Shown: positions 1 through 13,017 of the stretch, piece after piece
How the letters are laid out: each line of letters begins with the position of its first letter
Position numbering within the stretch: the first letter of the stretch is position 1
Source: Chiloscyllium plagiosum
Taxonomy: Eukaryota
Direction of reading: 5' to 3'
Length of the DNA stretch: 20,000 bases
NCBI RefSeq assembly: GCF_004010195.1
Contig: NW_025215226.1
Span: 54,964-74,963, forward strand
Notes under the pieces: generated by a model
The model's input: only the letters and a program-made list of their open reading frames with translations
The model's database searches: none
What the model was told of the DNA's origin: nothing
Program-made: the position numbers and the translations under genes

Positions 1-3000
1 ATAATGCGTGTGTGTATGAGAGAGAAAATGCATGTGCGTGAGAGAGAAAGCGTGTGTGAGACAGACAATGTGTGTGTGCATGACAGACAGAATGCATGAG
101 TGCATGAGAGAGAATGCGTGAGCGCGTGAGAGAGATAATGAGTTTGCGTGAGAGAGAGAATACAAGACTGCGAGAGAGAAAATGTGTGCACGAGAGAGAG
201 AATGCATGTGCGTGTGTGAGAGAGAATGCGTGAATGCGAGAGAGAGAACGTGTGTGAGAGAGAGAGAATGTGTGTGTGTGCGAGAGAGAGTGAATGCGTG
301 TGCGCATGAGAAGAAGAATACGTGTGAGCGTGAGAGAGAGAATGCGTGTGCGTGAGAGAATGCATGTGAGCAAGAGAGAGAATGCGTGTGTGCATGCGAG
401 AGAATGAGTGTGCAAGAGAGAATGCGTGTGTGAGAGAGATAATGCGTGTGTGCATGAGAGAGAGAATGCATGTGCACGAGAGAGAGAATGCATGTGTGAG
501 AGAGATAATGTGTGTGTGAATGAGACAGAGAATGCGTGTGTGTATGAGAGAGAGAATGCATGCGAGCATGAGAGAGAGAATGTTTGTGTGTGTGAGAGAG
601 AGATAATGAGTGTGTGTGAGAGACAGAATGCGTCAGTGCGAGAGAGAACATGTGTGTGCAAGAGAGAGAATGCGTGTGCATGAGAGAGAATGCATGAATG
701 CAAGAGACAGAACGTGTGTGAGAGAGGCGAATGTGTGTGAGCATGAGAGAGAGAATGCGTGTGTGCGTGAGAGAGAGAATGCATGTGTGAGAGAGATAAT
801 GTGTGTGTACATGAGAGAGATTGTGTGTGCGTGAGAGGGAGAATGCGTGTGTGAGAGAGATAATGTGTGTGTGCATGAGAGGGAGAATGTGTGTGTGAGA
901 GAAATAATGCGTGTGTGAGTGAGGAAAGTGCGTGTGTGCATGAGCGAGAGAATGCGTGTGTGCGTGAGGCAGAGAATGCATGTGAGCATGAGAGAGAGAA
1001 TGCATGTGTGTGGGTGAGAGAATCAATGTGTGCAAGATCGAGAATGTGTGTGTGAGTGAGAGAGGAAATGCGTGTGTGCGTGAGAGAGAGAATCAGTGTC
1101 TGCATGAGAGAGAGAATGTGTGTGTGCGGGAGAGACAATGTGTGTAGGAAAGAGAGAGAGAATAAGTGTGTGCGTGAGAAAAGAAATGCGTGTGTGCGTG
1201 AGAGAGGGAATGTGTGCATAAAAGAGAGAATGGGTGTGCATGTGCGAGAGAGAGAAAATGCGTGAGACGCAGAGTGAGTGTGAGAGAGGGAGAGAATGCA
1301 TGTGTGCGTGAGAGAGAATGAGTGGGTGCTTGAGAGAGAGAATGCGTGAGAATGAGAGAGAATGCGTGTGTGAGAGAGAGACTGTGCGTGTGTGAGAGAG
1401 AGAGAATGTGTGTGTGCATAAGAGGGAGAATGCCTGTGTGCGAGAGAGAGAATGCATGTGCGTGAGGGCGAGAATGCGTGTGTGCATGAGAGAGGGAATG
1501 CATGTGTGCGTGAGAGAGAGAATGCATGTGTGCATGAGAGAGAGAATGTGAGTGTGCGGGAGAGAGAATGTGTGCATGAGAGAGAGAGTAAGTGTGTGCG
1601 TGAGAGAACGAATGCGTGTGTGCATGAGAGGGGGAATGTGTGTGTAGGAGAGAGAATGGGTGCGCATGTGCGAGAGAGAGAACATGCGTGAGACACAGAG
1701 TGAGTGTGAGAGAGAGAATGCTTGAGAGAGGGAGAGAATTCAAGTGTGCGTGAGAGAGAGAATGAGTGGGGCTTCAGAGAGAAAAAAGCGTGAGAATGAG
1801 AGAGAATGCGTGTGTGAGAGAGAGAATGCGTAAGAATAAGAGAGAATGCGTGTGTGTGTGAGGGAGAGAATGCGTGTGTGCATGTGAGAGAGAATGTATG
1901 CGTGCGTGAGAGAGAGAATTTATGTATGCAGGAGAGAGAGAATGTGTGTGTGTCGGATAGAGAATGTGTGCATGAGAGAGAGAATAAGTGTGTGCGTTGG
2001 TGAAAGAATGCGTGTATGCGTGAGAGAGGGAATGTGTGTGTCAGAGAGAGAATGGGTGCGCGTGTGCGAGAGAGAGATTTTACGTGAGACACAGAGTGCA
2101 TGTGAGAGAGAGAGAATGTGTGTGTGAGAGAGAATGCGTTTGTGCGTCAGAGAGAGAATGAGTGGTTGCTGAGAGAGAGAATGCATGAGAATGAGAGAGA
2201 ATGCGTCTGAGAGAGAGAGAGAGACTGTGCGTGTGCATGAGAGAGAATGTGTGCATGAGAGAGATAATGCGTGTGTGAGTGAGAGAGAATGTGTGTGTGC
2301 ATGAGAGAGAGAATGCGTGTGTGCGTGAGGGAGAGAATGTGTGTGCATGAGAGAGAGAATGCATGTGTGCGGGTGAGAGAATACATGTGTGCGAGATCGA
2401 GAATGTGCGTGTGCGTGAGAGAGGGAATGCGTGTGTGCGTGAGAGAGAGAATGCCTGTGTACATGAGGGAGAGAATGCGTTTGTGCGTGAGAGAGAATGA
2501 GTGTGTGCATGAGAGAAGGAATGGCTGTGTGCGTGAGAGAGGGAATGTGTGTGTTCGAGAGAGAATGGGTACGCATATACGAGAGAAAGAGAATATGTGA
2601 GAGTCAGAATACGTGTGTGAGAGAGACAATGTGTGTGTGCTTGAGAGAGAGAATGCGTGTGAGCATGAGAGAGAGAATGTGTAAATGCGAGAGAGAGAGC
2701 ACATGTGTAAGAGAGAGACTGCGTATGTTCATCAGAGAGAGAATATGTGAATGCGACTGAGATGATGCATGTGTGCATGAGAGAGATAATGCGTGTGTGT
2801 GAGAGGGAGAGAATGAATGTGTGAGAGAGATAATGCCTGTGTGCACGAGTGGGAGAAAGCGTGTGCGTGAGAGAGAGAGAGAGAGAATGAGTTTGTGTGA
2901 GGGAGAGAATGCGTGTGAGAGAGCGAATGCGTGAGTGGGAGAGACAGAGAATGCATGTGTAAATGAGAGAGAGAATGTGTGCGTGCGTGAGAGAGGGAAT

Positions 3001-6000
3001 GCGTGTGAGAGAGAGAATACGTGCACGCGAGGGAGAGAGAATGCATATGGGAGAGAGAGAGAGAATGCGTGTGAGAGAGAGTGAGAATGTGTGTGTGAGA
3101 GAGAGTGAATTCATGTGTGCGAGAGAGAGAATGCGTGTGAGAGAGAGACAATCTGTGAGTGCCAGAGAGAGGGAGAATGCGTGTGTGTGAGAGAGAAAAA
3201 GTGTGTGAGAGAGAGGATGCATGTGTGCGAGAGAGGGAATGCGTGTGCGCGTGAGAGAGAGAATGAGTGTGTACGTGAGATAGAATGCACATGTCAGAGA
3301 GAAAGAGTGCGTGTGTGCGTGAGAGAGTGAATGCGTGTGAGAGAGAATTCGTGTGTTTGAGAGAGAATGCGTGTGTACATGAGAGAGAGAATGCTTGTGT
3401 GCGAGAGAGAGAATGTGTACGTGCGTGAGAGAGAGAATGCATGTGTGCAGGAGAGACAGAATGCGTATGTGCGTAAGAGAGAGAATGTGTGTGCGTAAGA
3501 GAGACAATGCGTGAGTGTGTGAGAGAGAATGCGTGTGCACATGAGAGACAATGCATGTGTGCATGAGACAGAATAAGCGTGTGTGTGAGACAGAATGCGT
3601 GTTTGCATCAGAGAGAGCATGAGTGTGTGCATGAGAAAGAGGATGCATGTGTGCGGGCGAGAGAATGCGAGCATGAGAGAGAGCGAGAGAATAATCGTGT
3701 GTGTGAGAGAAGGAATGTGTGTTAGGGAGAGAATGGGTGCGTATGCGCAAGAGAGAGAGAGAATGCGTGGGATACAGAATGCGTGTGAGAGAGAGAGATG
3801 AGTGGGTGCTTGAGAGAGAATGCATGAGAATGAGGGAGAATGCGTTTGCGAGAGAAATAGTGCGTGAGTGTCTGAGAGAGAATGCGTGTGAGAGAGAAAT
3901 AATGCGTGTGTGAGTGAGAGAGAATGCATGTGCGCATGAGACAGAGAATGCGTGTTTGCAAGATAGAAAATGCGTGTGTACGAGAGAGAGAATGCATGTG
4001 TCCGTGAGAGAGAGAAAGTGTGAATGCGAGAGAGAGAACATGTGTGAGAGTGAGAGAATGCGTGTGTCATGAGAGAGAGAATGTGTGAGTGCGAGTTAGA
4101 GAATGCATGTGTGCATGAAATAAAGAATGTGTGTGCGAGAGAGGGAGAATGCATGTGTGTGAGAGAGAGAGAATGTGTGTGCGTGAGAGAGAGAACGAGT
4201 GTGAGAGAAACAATGTGTGTGTGTGCATGAGAGAGAGAATGCATGTGTGCGAGAGAGAGAGAATGCGTGTGTGCGTGAGAGAGTGAATGAGTTTGTGTGA
4301 GAGAGAAATCGTGCGTGAGAGAGGGGATGCGTGCGAGAGAGAATGCGTGAGTGCGAGAGAGAGAATGCATGTGGGCGAGAGAGAGAGAATGCGTGTGAAA
4401 GAGAGAGATTGCATGTGTGCATGACAGAGAGAATGGATGTGAGAAAGAGAGAATGCGTGTGAGAAAGAGAGAATACCTGTGCATGAGAGAGAGAATGTCT
4501 GTACGAGAGAAAGAATGGGTGCGAGAGAGGGAGAATGCGTGCATGCATGAGAGAGAATGCATGCGAGAGAGACAGAATGTGTGAGTGCGAGAGAGAGAAT
4601 ATACGTGTGTGTGTGAGAGAGAAAAAAGTGTGTGAGAGAGAGAATGCATGTGTGTGAGAGAGAGAATGCGTGCGTGCGCGCGAGAGAGAATGAGTATGTA
4701 CGTGAGAGAGGAAGCACGTGTCTGAGATAAAGAATGTGTGTGTGTGAGAGAGACAGAATGCCTGTGAGAGAGAGAGATAATACGCACGTGAGAGAGAGGG
4801 AGAATGCATGTGTGCCTGAGAGATAGAAGGCGTGTGTGCGAGAGAGAGACAATGCGTATGTGTGTGAGAGAGAGAGTGAGTGTGTGTGTGTGAGAGAGAG
4901 AGAAAGCGTGTGTGTGTGAGAGAGAATGCATGTGTGCGTGAGACAGAGAGCGTGTGTGAGAGGGTGAATGTGTATGAGGGAGAGAGAATACGTGTGTGCA
5001 TGAGAGAGAGAATGCGGGTGTGTGTGTGAGAGAAAATGCATGTGAGAGAGAGAATGCGTGTGTGCGTGAGTGACAGAATGCGTGTGAGACAGAGAGATAA
5101 TGAGCATGTGAGAGAGAGGGAGACTGCATGTGTGCGTGAGAGAGAGAATGAGTGTGTGGCTAGAGAGAGAGAGAATGCGTGTGAGCGTGTGAGAGAGAAT
5201 GCATGTGTGAGAGAGAATGGGCGTGAGCGTGAGAGAGGGAGAATGCGTGTGTGTATGAGAGACAGAATGCGTATGTGTGTGAGAGAGAGAATGCATGGGT
5301 GCGTGAGAAAGAATGTGTGTGTGCGTGAGAGAGAATGCATGTGTGCATGAAAGAGAGAGAATGTGTGTATGCATGAGAGAGAATGAGTGTGTGTGAGAGA
5401 GACAATGCGTGTGAGAGAGAATGCATGAGTGCGAGAGACAGAATTCGTGTGTGCACGAGAGAGAGAATGCATGCACATGTGAGAGACAATGCGTGCAAGA
5501 GAGAGAGAGAGAGAATGCATGTGTGTGTGAGAGAGAATGCGTGTGTGCGTGAGAGATAGAATGAATGTGTGTGAGAGAGAGAATGTGTGTGAGAAAAAGA
5601 AAACGTGTGCTCAAGAGGGAATATGCGTGTGTGCGAGAGAGAAGGCATCAGTGCATGAGAGTGAATGCGTGAGTGCATGAGAGAAAGAATGTGTGTGAGT
5701 GAGAGAGACATAATACATGTGTGCAACAGAGAGAATGCATGTGTGCAAGAGAGAGAATGCATGTGTGCATGAGGGAGAGAATGCGTGGGTGAGAGAGAAT
5801 GCATGAGTGTGAGGAGAGAGAAAATGCGTGTGTGCGTGACAGAGAGAGAATGCATATGTGTGTGAGAGAGAATGGGTGTGAGAGAAAGAAGACGTGTGCT
5901 CAAGAGGGAATATGCGTGTGTGCGACAGAGAAGGCATCTGTGCATGAGAGTGAATGCGTGAGTGCGTGAGAGAAAGAATGTGTGTGAGCGAGAGAAATAA

Positions 6001-8600
6001 TGCATGTGTGCGACAGAGAGAATGCATGTGTGCAAGAGAGAGAATGCATGTGTGCAAGAGAGAGAATGCATGTGTGCATGAGGGAGAGAATGCGTGTGTG
6101 AGAGAGAATGCATGAGTGTGAGAGAGAGAGAGAATGCGTGTGTGCGTGAGAGAGAATGCGTGTGTGTGAGAGAGAATGCGTGAGTGCGAGAGAGAGAATG
6201 TGTATGCATGAGATAGAGTGCACATGTGTGAGAGAGAGAATGCGTGTGTGTGTGAGAGAGAACGCGTGAGTGTGAGAGGGAGAATGTGTGTGTGAGAGAG
6301 AAAAAGCGTGTGTGCATGAGAGTGTGTGTTTGTGTGAGAGAGAATGAGTAAGTGAGAGAGAGAATGCGTGTGTGAGAGCGAGAGAATGCGTGTGAGAGAG
6401 AAAATGCGGGTGACAGTGAGAGAATGCGTGTTTGTGTGAGAGAGAATGCATGTGTGAGAGAGAGAATGCGTTTGTGAGAGAGGGAGAATGCGCGTGAGAG
6501 AGAAAGAATGCGTGTGTGCGTGAGAGAGAATGCTAGTGCGCGAGAAAGAGAGAATGCGTGCGTGTATGAAAGAGAAAATGCGCGTGTGTGTGTGAGAGAG
6601 AATGCATTTGTGAAAGAGAGAAGGCGTGTATGCGTGAGAGAGATGGCGTGTGTGGGCGAGAGAGAGAATGCATGTGAGAGAGAGAATGTGTGTGTGTGAG
6701 AGAGAGAATGCGTGTCTGTGCGAGAGAGAATGAGTGTGTGCTTGAGGGAGAATGAATGTGTGCGTTAGAGAATGCGTACGTCTGAGAGAGAATGAGTGTG
6801 TGTGAGAGAGAATGAGTGTGTGTGAGAGAGAATCAGTGTGTGTGTGAGAATGAGTGTGTGTATGAGAGAGAGAGAATGCATGTGTGTGAGAGAGAGAATG
6901 CGTATGGGTGAGAGAGAGAGAATTCATGTGTGTGTGTGAGAGAGAGAATGCATGTGTGCAAGAGAGCGAGAGCAAAAGACTGAGTGTGTGTGCGTGTAAG
7001 AGAAATAGAGTGCATGTGTGCGAGAGTGTGTGTGGGTACAAGAAAGAATGAGTGTGAGTGTGTACGAGAAAGAGAGTGAATGTGTGCGTGAGAGAGAATG
7101 TGCACATGCGAGAGAGAGAGAGAATGCATTTGTGCGTGAGAGAGAGAATGAGTGTGTGCATGAGAGAGAATGCGTGAGAAACAGAGAAAATGAGTGTGCT
7201 AGACAGAGAGAATGTGTGTGCGAGAGAGAGAGAGACAATGCGTGTGTGTGGGAGAGAATGCGTGCGTGCGAGAGAATGAATACGTGTGCGAGAGAGAATG
7301 CATGTGTCCCTGAGAGAGAGAATGCGTGTGTGCATGAGAGAGAGAATGAGTGTGTGCGTGGGAGATAGAATGCATGAGAGAGAGAATGCGTGTGTGAGAG
7401 AGAATGCGTGTTTGAGAGTGAGAGCGAATGAGTGTGTGCGTGAGTGAGAGAATGAGTATGTGAGAGAGGGAGAATGCCTGTGTGCAAAACACAAAGTGCG
7501 TGCATAAAATAGTGTGCACGCATGAGAGAGAAAATGTGCACATCTGAGTGAGAAAGAGAATGAGCATGTGAGACATATGATGTGCGCATGCATGAGAGTG
7601 TGTGCGCGAGAAAGATAGTGTGAGAGTGAGAGAGCGGAAGTGTGTGTGTGTGTGTGAAAGAGTGAGTGCATGCGAGTGTGTGTGAGCGTGTGTGTACAAT
7701 TGAACGAGAGTGAGTGCCCAGGTTAGAGAGAGTGCATGTGTGAGAAAAAGAGTGTCTGCGTGTGGAAGAGTGTGCACATGTGCATGGAAAAATGTGTGTG
7801 TGTGCAAGAGAAAGCGTGTGCACATGTGAGAAAGAATGTGAGAGCATGTGTATGTGTGACCGAGAGAGATAGAGAGTTCATTCATGTGACAGAGTGCGTG
7901 TGCGTGCGAGAGAGTGTCTGCATGTGAGATGAGGAATTTGTGTCCACAATTTCTGGGTGAGTGTGCCTGAGAGAGAGAGAGAGAGAGAGAAAGACAAATA
8001 GAGAGAGATTGTGTGCGCGAGAGAGAAAGAGTGTTCAAGAGAGGAGGGGAAGACAGCATGAGCCTGTGTGAGAGAAATACCGATTGTGCGTGTGAGAAAA
8101 ATCTGTTTTTGTGTGACAGGATAGTGGGTTAGAGTGTGTGAAAGAGACATTGCAAGTGTGTGTGAGAGAGACAGAGTTTTGGGGAGTGAGAGTGTGAGTG
8201 TGTGAAATTGAGAATATATGAGATTGTGAATGGGAGTCTGTGGGTGTGCGTGTGTCAGAAATTGTGTATGAGTGTGTGCGTGTGAGAGAGTAAGTGGAAG
8301 CGAGAGTGTATGTGAGAGGGAGTGTAGAGAGAGAGAGGAGAGTGAGTGAAAGTGTGTGTATGTGAGTGAAACAGAGTCTGTGTGTGCATGTTTGTGTGAG
8401 TGTGAGAGAAAGATTGTGATAGTGCGTGTGAAAATGATTGAGTGTGCATTTGTGAGTGACTGTGTGTGTAAGTGTGTGCATGTCAGGGTGGATGTCTGCA
8501 AGTGTGTGAAAGGGCATGTGTGTGACGGACTAAATATGTTGGGTGAGGACTGTGTGTGTACACGTGTGAGAGAGTGAGTGAATGAGAGTGAGGGACAGTG
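1..8600 (+). repeat. Long degenerate satellite/compound microsatellite array, unit ~18-24 bp, consensus (GA)n-GAATG-C-(GT/AT/GC)n
   Basis: Hundreds of copies of GAGAGAGAATGCGTGTGT / GAGAGAATGCATGTGTG run from the window start. The + strand is strongly C-poor. Regularity decays from ~7450 to ~8600. All long S/H/T/L- or R/E/C/V-rich ORFs here are translations of this repeat. Confidence 0.97.
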
Positions 8601-8705
8601 TATGATTCGTGTGTCATTACTGGGATAAGGACAGCAAAAAGTGGTTTATACACAGTTACATTATGGAGGGACAACATTGACACGGAAACTGGGCACTAAG
8701 ATGGA

Positions 8706-8859
8706 AACACACGCACACACACACACACACAGCGGCATGGTCTCACTTTCTCTCACACACACACATGATCTCTCTCTCCCACACAGAGGGATTGTCTCAC
8801 TCTCTCACAAACACAAACACACGGTCTCACTCTCTCACACACACACAGGCATGGTCTCA

Positions 8860-8891
<32 letters not shown>

Positions 8892-9585
8892 GGCATGGTC
8901 TCTCACACACAGAAAGGCATGGTCTCACTCACACACACACACTGAGGCATAGTCTCACTCACACACAGAGGCATGGACTCACTCTCACACACACAGATGG
9001 AGGGCATCACTGTCTCTCACACATACACACAGGCATGGTCTCACTCACACACAAACACAGGCATGGTCTCACTCTCACTCACACACACACAAAGGCATGG
9101 TTTCACTCTCTCCCTTACACACACACAGAGGCATGGTCTCGCTCTCTCTCTCACATACACAGAGGCACTGTCTCACTCTCACATACACGCATTGTCTCAC
9201 TCTCTCTCACACACACAGAGGCATCGTCTCACTCTCTCTCTCACATACACAGAGGCACGGTCTCACTCATTCTCTCCCACACAGAAAGGCATGGTCTCAC
9301 TGACTCGCTCACACACAGGGGCATGGTCTCACTATCTCTCTCACACACACAACGGCATGGTCTCACCATCTCACAAACACACAGAGAGACATGGTCTCAC
9401 TATCTCTCTCTCACACACACACACAGACATGGTCTCACTATGTCGCACACACAGAGAGTCATTTCTCACTATCTCACACACACAGAGGCATGGTCTCACT
9501 ATGTCACACACACACAGAGGCATTTCTCACTATCTCACACACACAGAGGCATGGTCTCACTATCTCACACACTGAGACATTTCTG
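8706..9585 (+). repeat. Minisatellite, ~28-36 bp unit (CA)n-GAGGCATGGTCTCACT-(CT)n
   Basis: Many copies of the core GGCATGGTCTCACT (e.g. 8734, 8848, 8892, 9487, 9548), separated by variable CT and CA runs. Confidence 0.95.
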
Positions 9586-9654
9586 TGATGATACTTGAGC
9601 TCAGACCGTCACTGACTCTCGCCCAGACGAAACCTGATACCAGTGCCTATGTTG

Positions 9655-9880
9655 CGTGTTGGGGTGTGTCTGTGTGGGTGTCGGTGTGTGTGTGTGTGTC
9701 GGTATATGTGTGTGTGTTTCGTTGTGTGTACATGTCGGTGTGTGTGTGTGTGTGTGTCGGTGTGTGTGCATGTATGTATGTGTGCGTGTGTGTCTGTGTG
9801 TGTGCATATGTGTCTCTGTGTCTGTCTCTGTGTGCGTGTCTCTGTTTGTGTGTCTCTGTGTGTGTCTGTGTGGGGGGGGT
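9655..9880 (+). repeat. Imperfect (TG)n microsatellite
   Basis: TG run interrupted by TCGG/TCTG units. Confidence 0.9.
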
Positions 9881-10036
9881 GAAGGCAGGGGAGCAGAGAG
9901 GGTGAAATGTGGGTGTTGAGGGGCAGGCACGTGATTTATGATTTAAATTCCCAAACTCTGCCAATATTTTTGAGAAAGGGAAAGGAAATAAAGGACTGAA
10001 AATCAAGATAGAAATGGCTGGATGTAGAGCAGGGTA

Positions 10037-10446
10037 GGGAGAGACAGACAGAGACAAGCAGACAGAGAGAGACACACACAATACACGGACAGAAAGAGGG
10101 AGTCAGAGAGAGACAGAGACAGAGACACCGAAGAGACAGACACAGGGACAGAGAAAGAAGACAGAGAGTTAGACAGAGTGGGGCACACAGGGACAGAGAG
10201 AAAGAGAGAGAGACGCACACACACAGGGACAGAGAGACAGAGACAGAGAGAGAGAGACAGAGGTAGAGACAGAGAGAGACAGAGAATGGGACACACAGGG
10301 ACAGAGAGAAGCGAGGGATAAACAGAGAGAGAGACACACACACATAGGAACAGAGAGAAAGAGACAGAGAGAGACAGAGACAGAGAGAAAGAGAGTGACA
10401 GAGAGAGAGACACACAGAGACAGACCGACAGGGACAGAGACAGAGA
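10037..10446 (+). repeat. Imperfect (GACA/GA)n purine-rich microsatellite
   Basis: GAGACAGAGA / CACAGGGACAGAGA units repeated. Confidence 0.9.
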
Positions 10447-10524
10447 TTAATTATGGGAATCACACATACAGCAGGAAAATCCCAAGAAAACCTCAGCAAA
10501 TATCTCCCTCTCCATTCCCAGCCG

Positions 10525-10978
10525 TGTGTGTGTGTGTGTGTCAGGAAGCCTACCTACAGTCAGGCTCTGAAACGCTAGCGTGGGAGTAATCTTTAATATT
10601 TTCAAACTTCACTGACACATCTAACAAGGCTTCAATAAAAAAGAGAGTTGTAGCAACTGGGAAATATGACACTTTTCTGCCCCAGAATTAACATCTCAAT
10701 GGGCAGCAAGATCATACAAGGCTCCTGTCCTGGGAATTAACATGTCAATCATGTGTGTGTGTGTGTCTCAGGAAGCCTACCTACAGTCAGGCTCTGAAAC
10801 GCTAGTGTGGGAGTAATCTTTAATATTTTCAAACTGCACTGACACAAATAATAAGGCTTCAATAAAAAAGAGAGTTGTAGCAACTGGGAAATATGACACT
10901 TTTTTGCCCCAGAATTAACATCTCAATGGGCAGCAAGATCCTACAAGGCTCCTGTCCTGGGAATTAACATGTCAATCA
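10525..10978 (+). repeat. Direct tandem duplication, 2 x 227 bp
   Basis: CAGGAAGCCTACCTACAGTCAGG occurs at 10542 and 10769. GGGAATTAACATGTCAATCA ends at 10751 and 10978. Only a handful of substitutions separate the copies. Confidence 0.95.
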
Positions 10979-11134
10979 GACAGAGCCCTCCCCAGACGAT
11001 GCAACGTGTCAGAGGGGGCAGGGGTAGGGTCCACTCACCCATCACCCAGAATAAATGTGCGCAAGGAATTGGTCAACTACATTCTGAAACCCTGTTCTCT
11101 CTCTGTATGGAGGGTGAGCAGCCCTCCCTGTCTG

Positions 11135-12949
11135 GTTGTGACTGTGCGTGTGTGTGTGTTTAAGAATGTTTCTCGCCTCTGGTTAATTGCTTTCTTATGA
11201 CTTGTTTGTACTTTGATGTTGCTGTAATGTTATGAAATGCATTGAGGATGGGGGAAGAGAGTAGTGGGATTGTGTTTAAACTGGGATCGTGCTGTGTAAT
11301 TTTTCATCACACTGCTCTCGCTCTCCCGACCCCCCACCAACTCATCGCTTCTCTCTTTTATCCTGAGGAACTTTTGTTTGGAAAGCAGGAAAGTGAAGAT
11401 CCAAAATGCCTGGGGGTCAGGACAACAACAGCCTCCAGAGGGGGAGCACAGGCCTGAGGCCTGTTGGCCAGGCTGCAGCCCATGGGGCGCAGGTGAGTGG
11501 GTGTCTGTTTATTCCCCCGAGGTTTCGTCTCCTCTGTGGGTGGGGGTTGGATGTGGGAGCCTCGTTTTTCGGGTCCTCTGGTTAACTGGGTCCTGTCAGA
11601 TCATGGCCTTGTCGGTTTTAAAATGGGTTTGAAGCCTGGGGTTAATGTAACCTGAGCATTGTTGACACAAACAGGTTAAACCCCCAGGATCTGGGAGACG
11701 GGACTCCCTCGGGAGGAAAATCTAACCCAAAATATCTGACCCTCTGGAAAGAATCGTCACACTATCAGAGGAAAGTGGGTGCTAAATAGGGCAGGATGAT
11801 CGAATTTGACATGGAGAGAAAGAAGGCGAGAGAAAGAAATGAAACATGGTGAGAGCAAGAGAAACAGGAGAGAGAGGGGGGGCCGTGTGAGATTCTGAAA
11901 TAGCTGCAATGTTTGACTCTGGGGTGACAGGAAATAATTAAACTGGAAATAAAAATGATCAGATTATTGAGCTTCTGCAGCACTGTCACTTTTGGGATCT
12001 TCCTGTGCGTCAATTACCGTAATACCATCGTTGCAGGCAGTGAGTGGTTATGTTTGGATGTTGCTGAGAAATTGTCTTGTCTCACTGAGAGGGGAAAGGC
12101 TGGGATCTTGCTGTGCTATCTCCCTGTGAAACATTTTCCTGCTCAGCCTTCCCACTAATGCTGCCTCTTTCCTCCCAAAGGGATCTTCCGAGCCACTTGA
12201 GGATTTGAAAAGTGTGTGTTTGGGAGCAGGAAACCTTCAAACAAGAGCTTCGTCCAGAGGGGGAATGCAGCCTGAGACCTGTTTGACAGGCTGCAGCCTG
12301 TTGGACCCAGGTGAGTTTTGTCTTTGTATTACCCAGAGGTTTAATCTCCTCTCTCTGGGGAGGGGGCTGACTTTCACCGGGACCTCTGGTTAACCGGGTC
12401 CTGTCGGATTGCGGCCTTGTCGTTTTTGAACAGGTTTGAAGCCTGGGGCTAAGGAAACTGCAGCCTTGGGATTTGACACAAATACGTCAGCCCTTAACCA
12501 GCATCACCCACGATGTGTGTGTGGTTAGATTGCTGCTTGTAGGATCTTGCTGTGCGTGCCTGTTTATTAATGTTTCTAGCCTCTGGTCAACTGTGTATTT
12601 CAATGTCGCTGTGATGGTCAGCAATTCATTAATTCTGCAATAATTAAACTGAACCAGTGTCACTGGGTCACGTAGGAGATTGGGGAAGGCAGAGAGTTGT
12701 GGACTCTTGCTGTGCTTTTGGTGCCACTGTTGTATTTCATTTTAAATTGATTTGTTTTTATTTCTCAGTGTGTTTCCCCATCCGCCGCTCCCTCTAACCC
12801 TGGGGGTGAGGAGGAGATTGGATCCAGGAGCTGAAACTCGGGATGATGCAGAGACAGAGAGAATTAAATCATTTCTGCCGCGAGGAATCGTCAGACACAG
12901 AGAGAGAGAATAATCAGAAACTGCCCTATCTCCTTGTCGTTCGTTTACA

Positions 12950-13017
<68 letters not shown>

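Noticed and set aside
408..10499. Dozens of long ORFs (up to 686 aa) rich in S/H/T/L or R/E/C/V
   Set aside because: They are open in several overlapping frames because GA/GT/CA repeats lack stop codons, and they show no domain signature.
11432..11448. CCTCCAGAGGGGGAGCA as a CTCF site
   Set aside because: It has three mismatches to the 14-bp core, including the conserved C, and the paralogous copy at 12254 matches worse.
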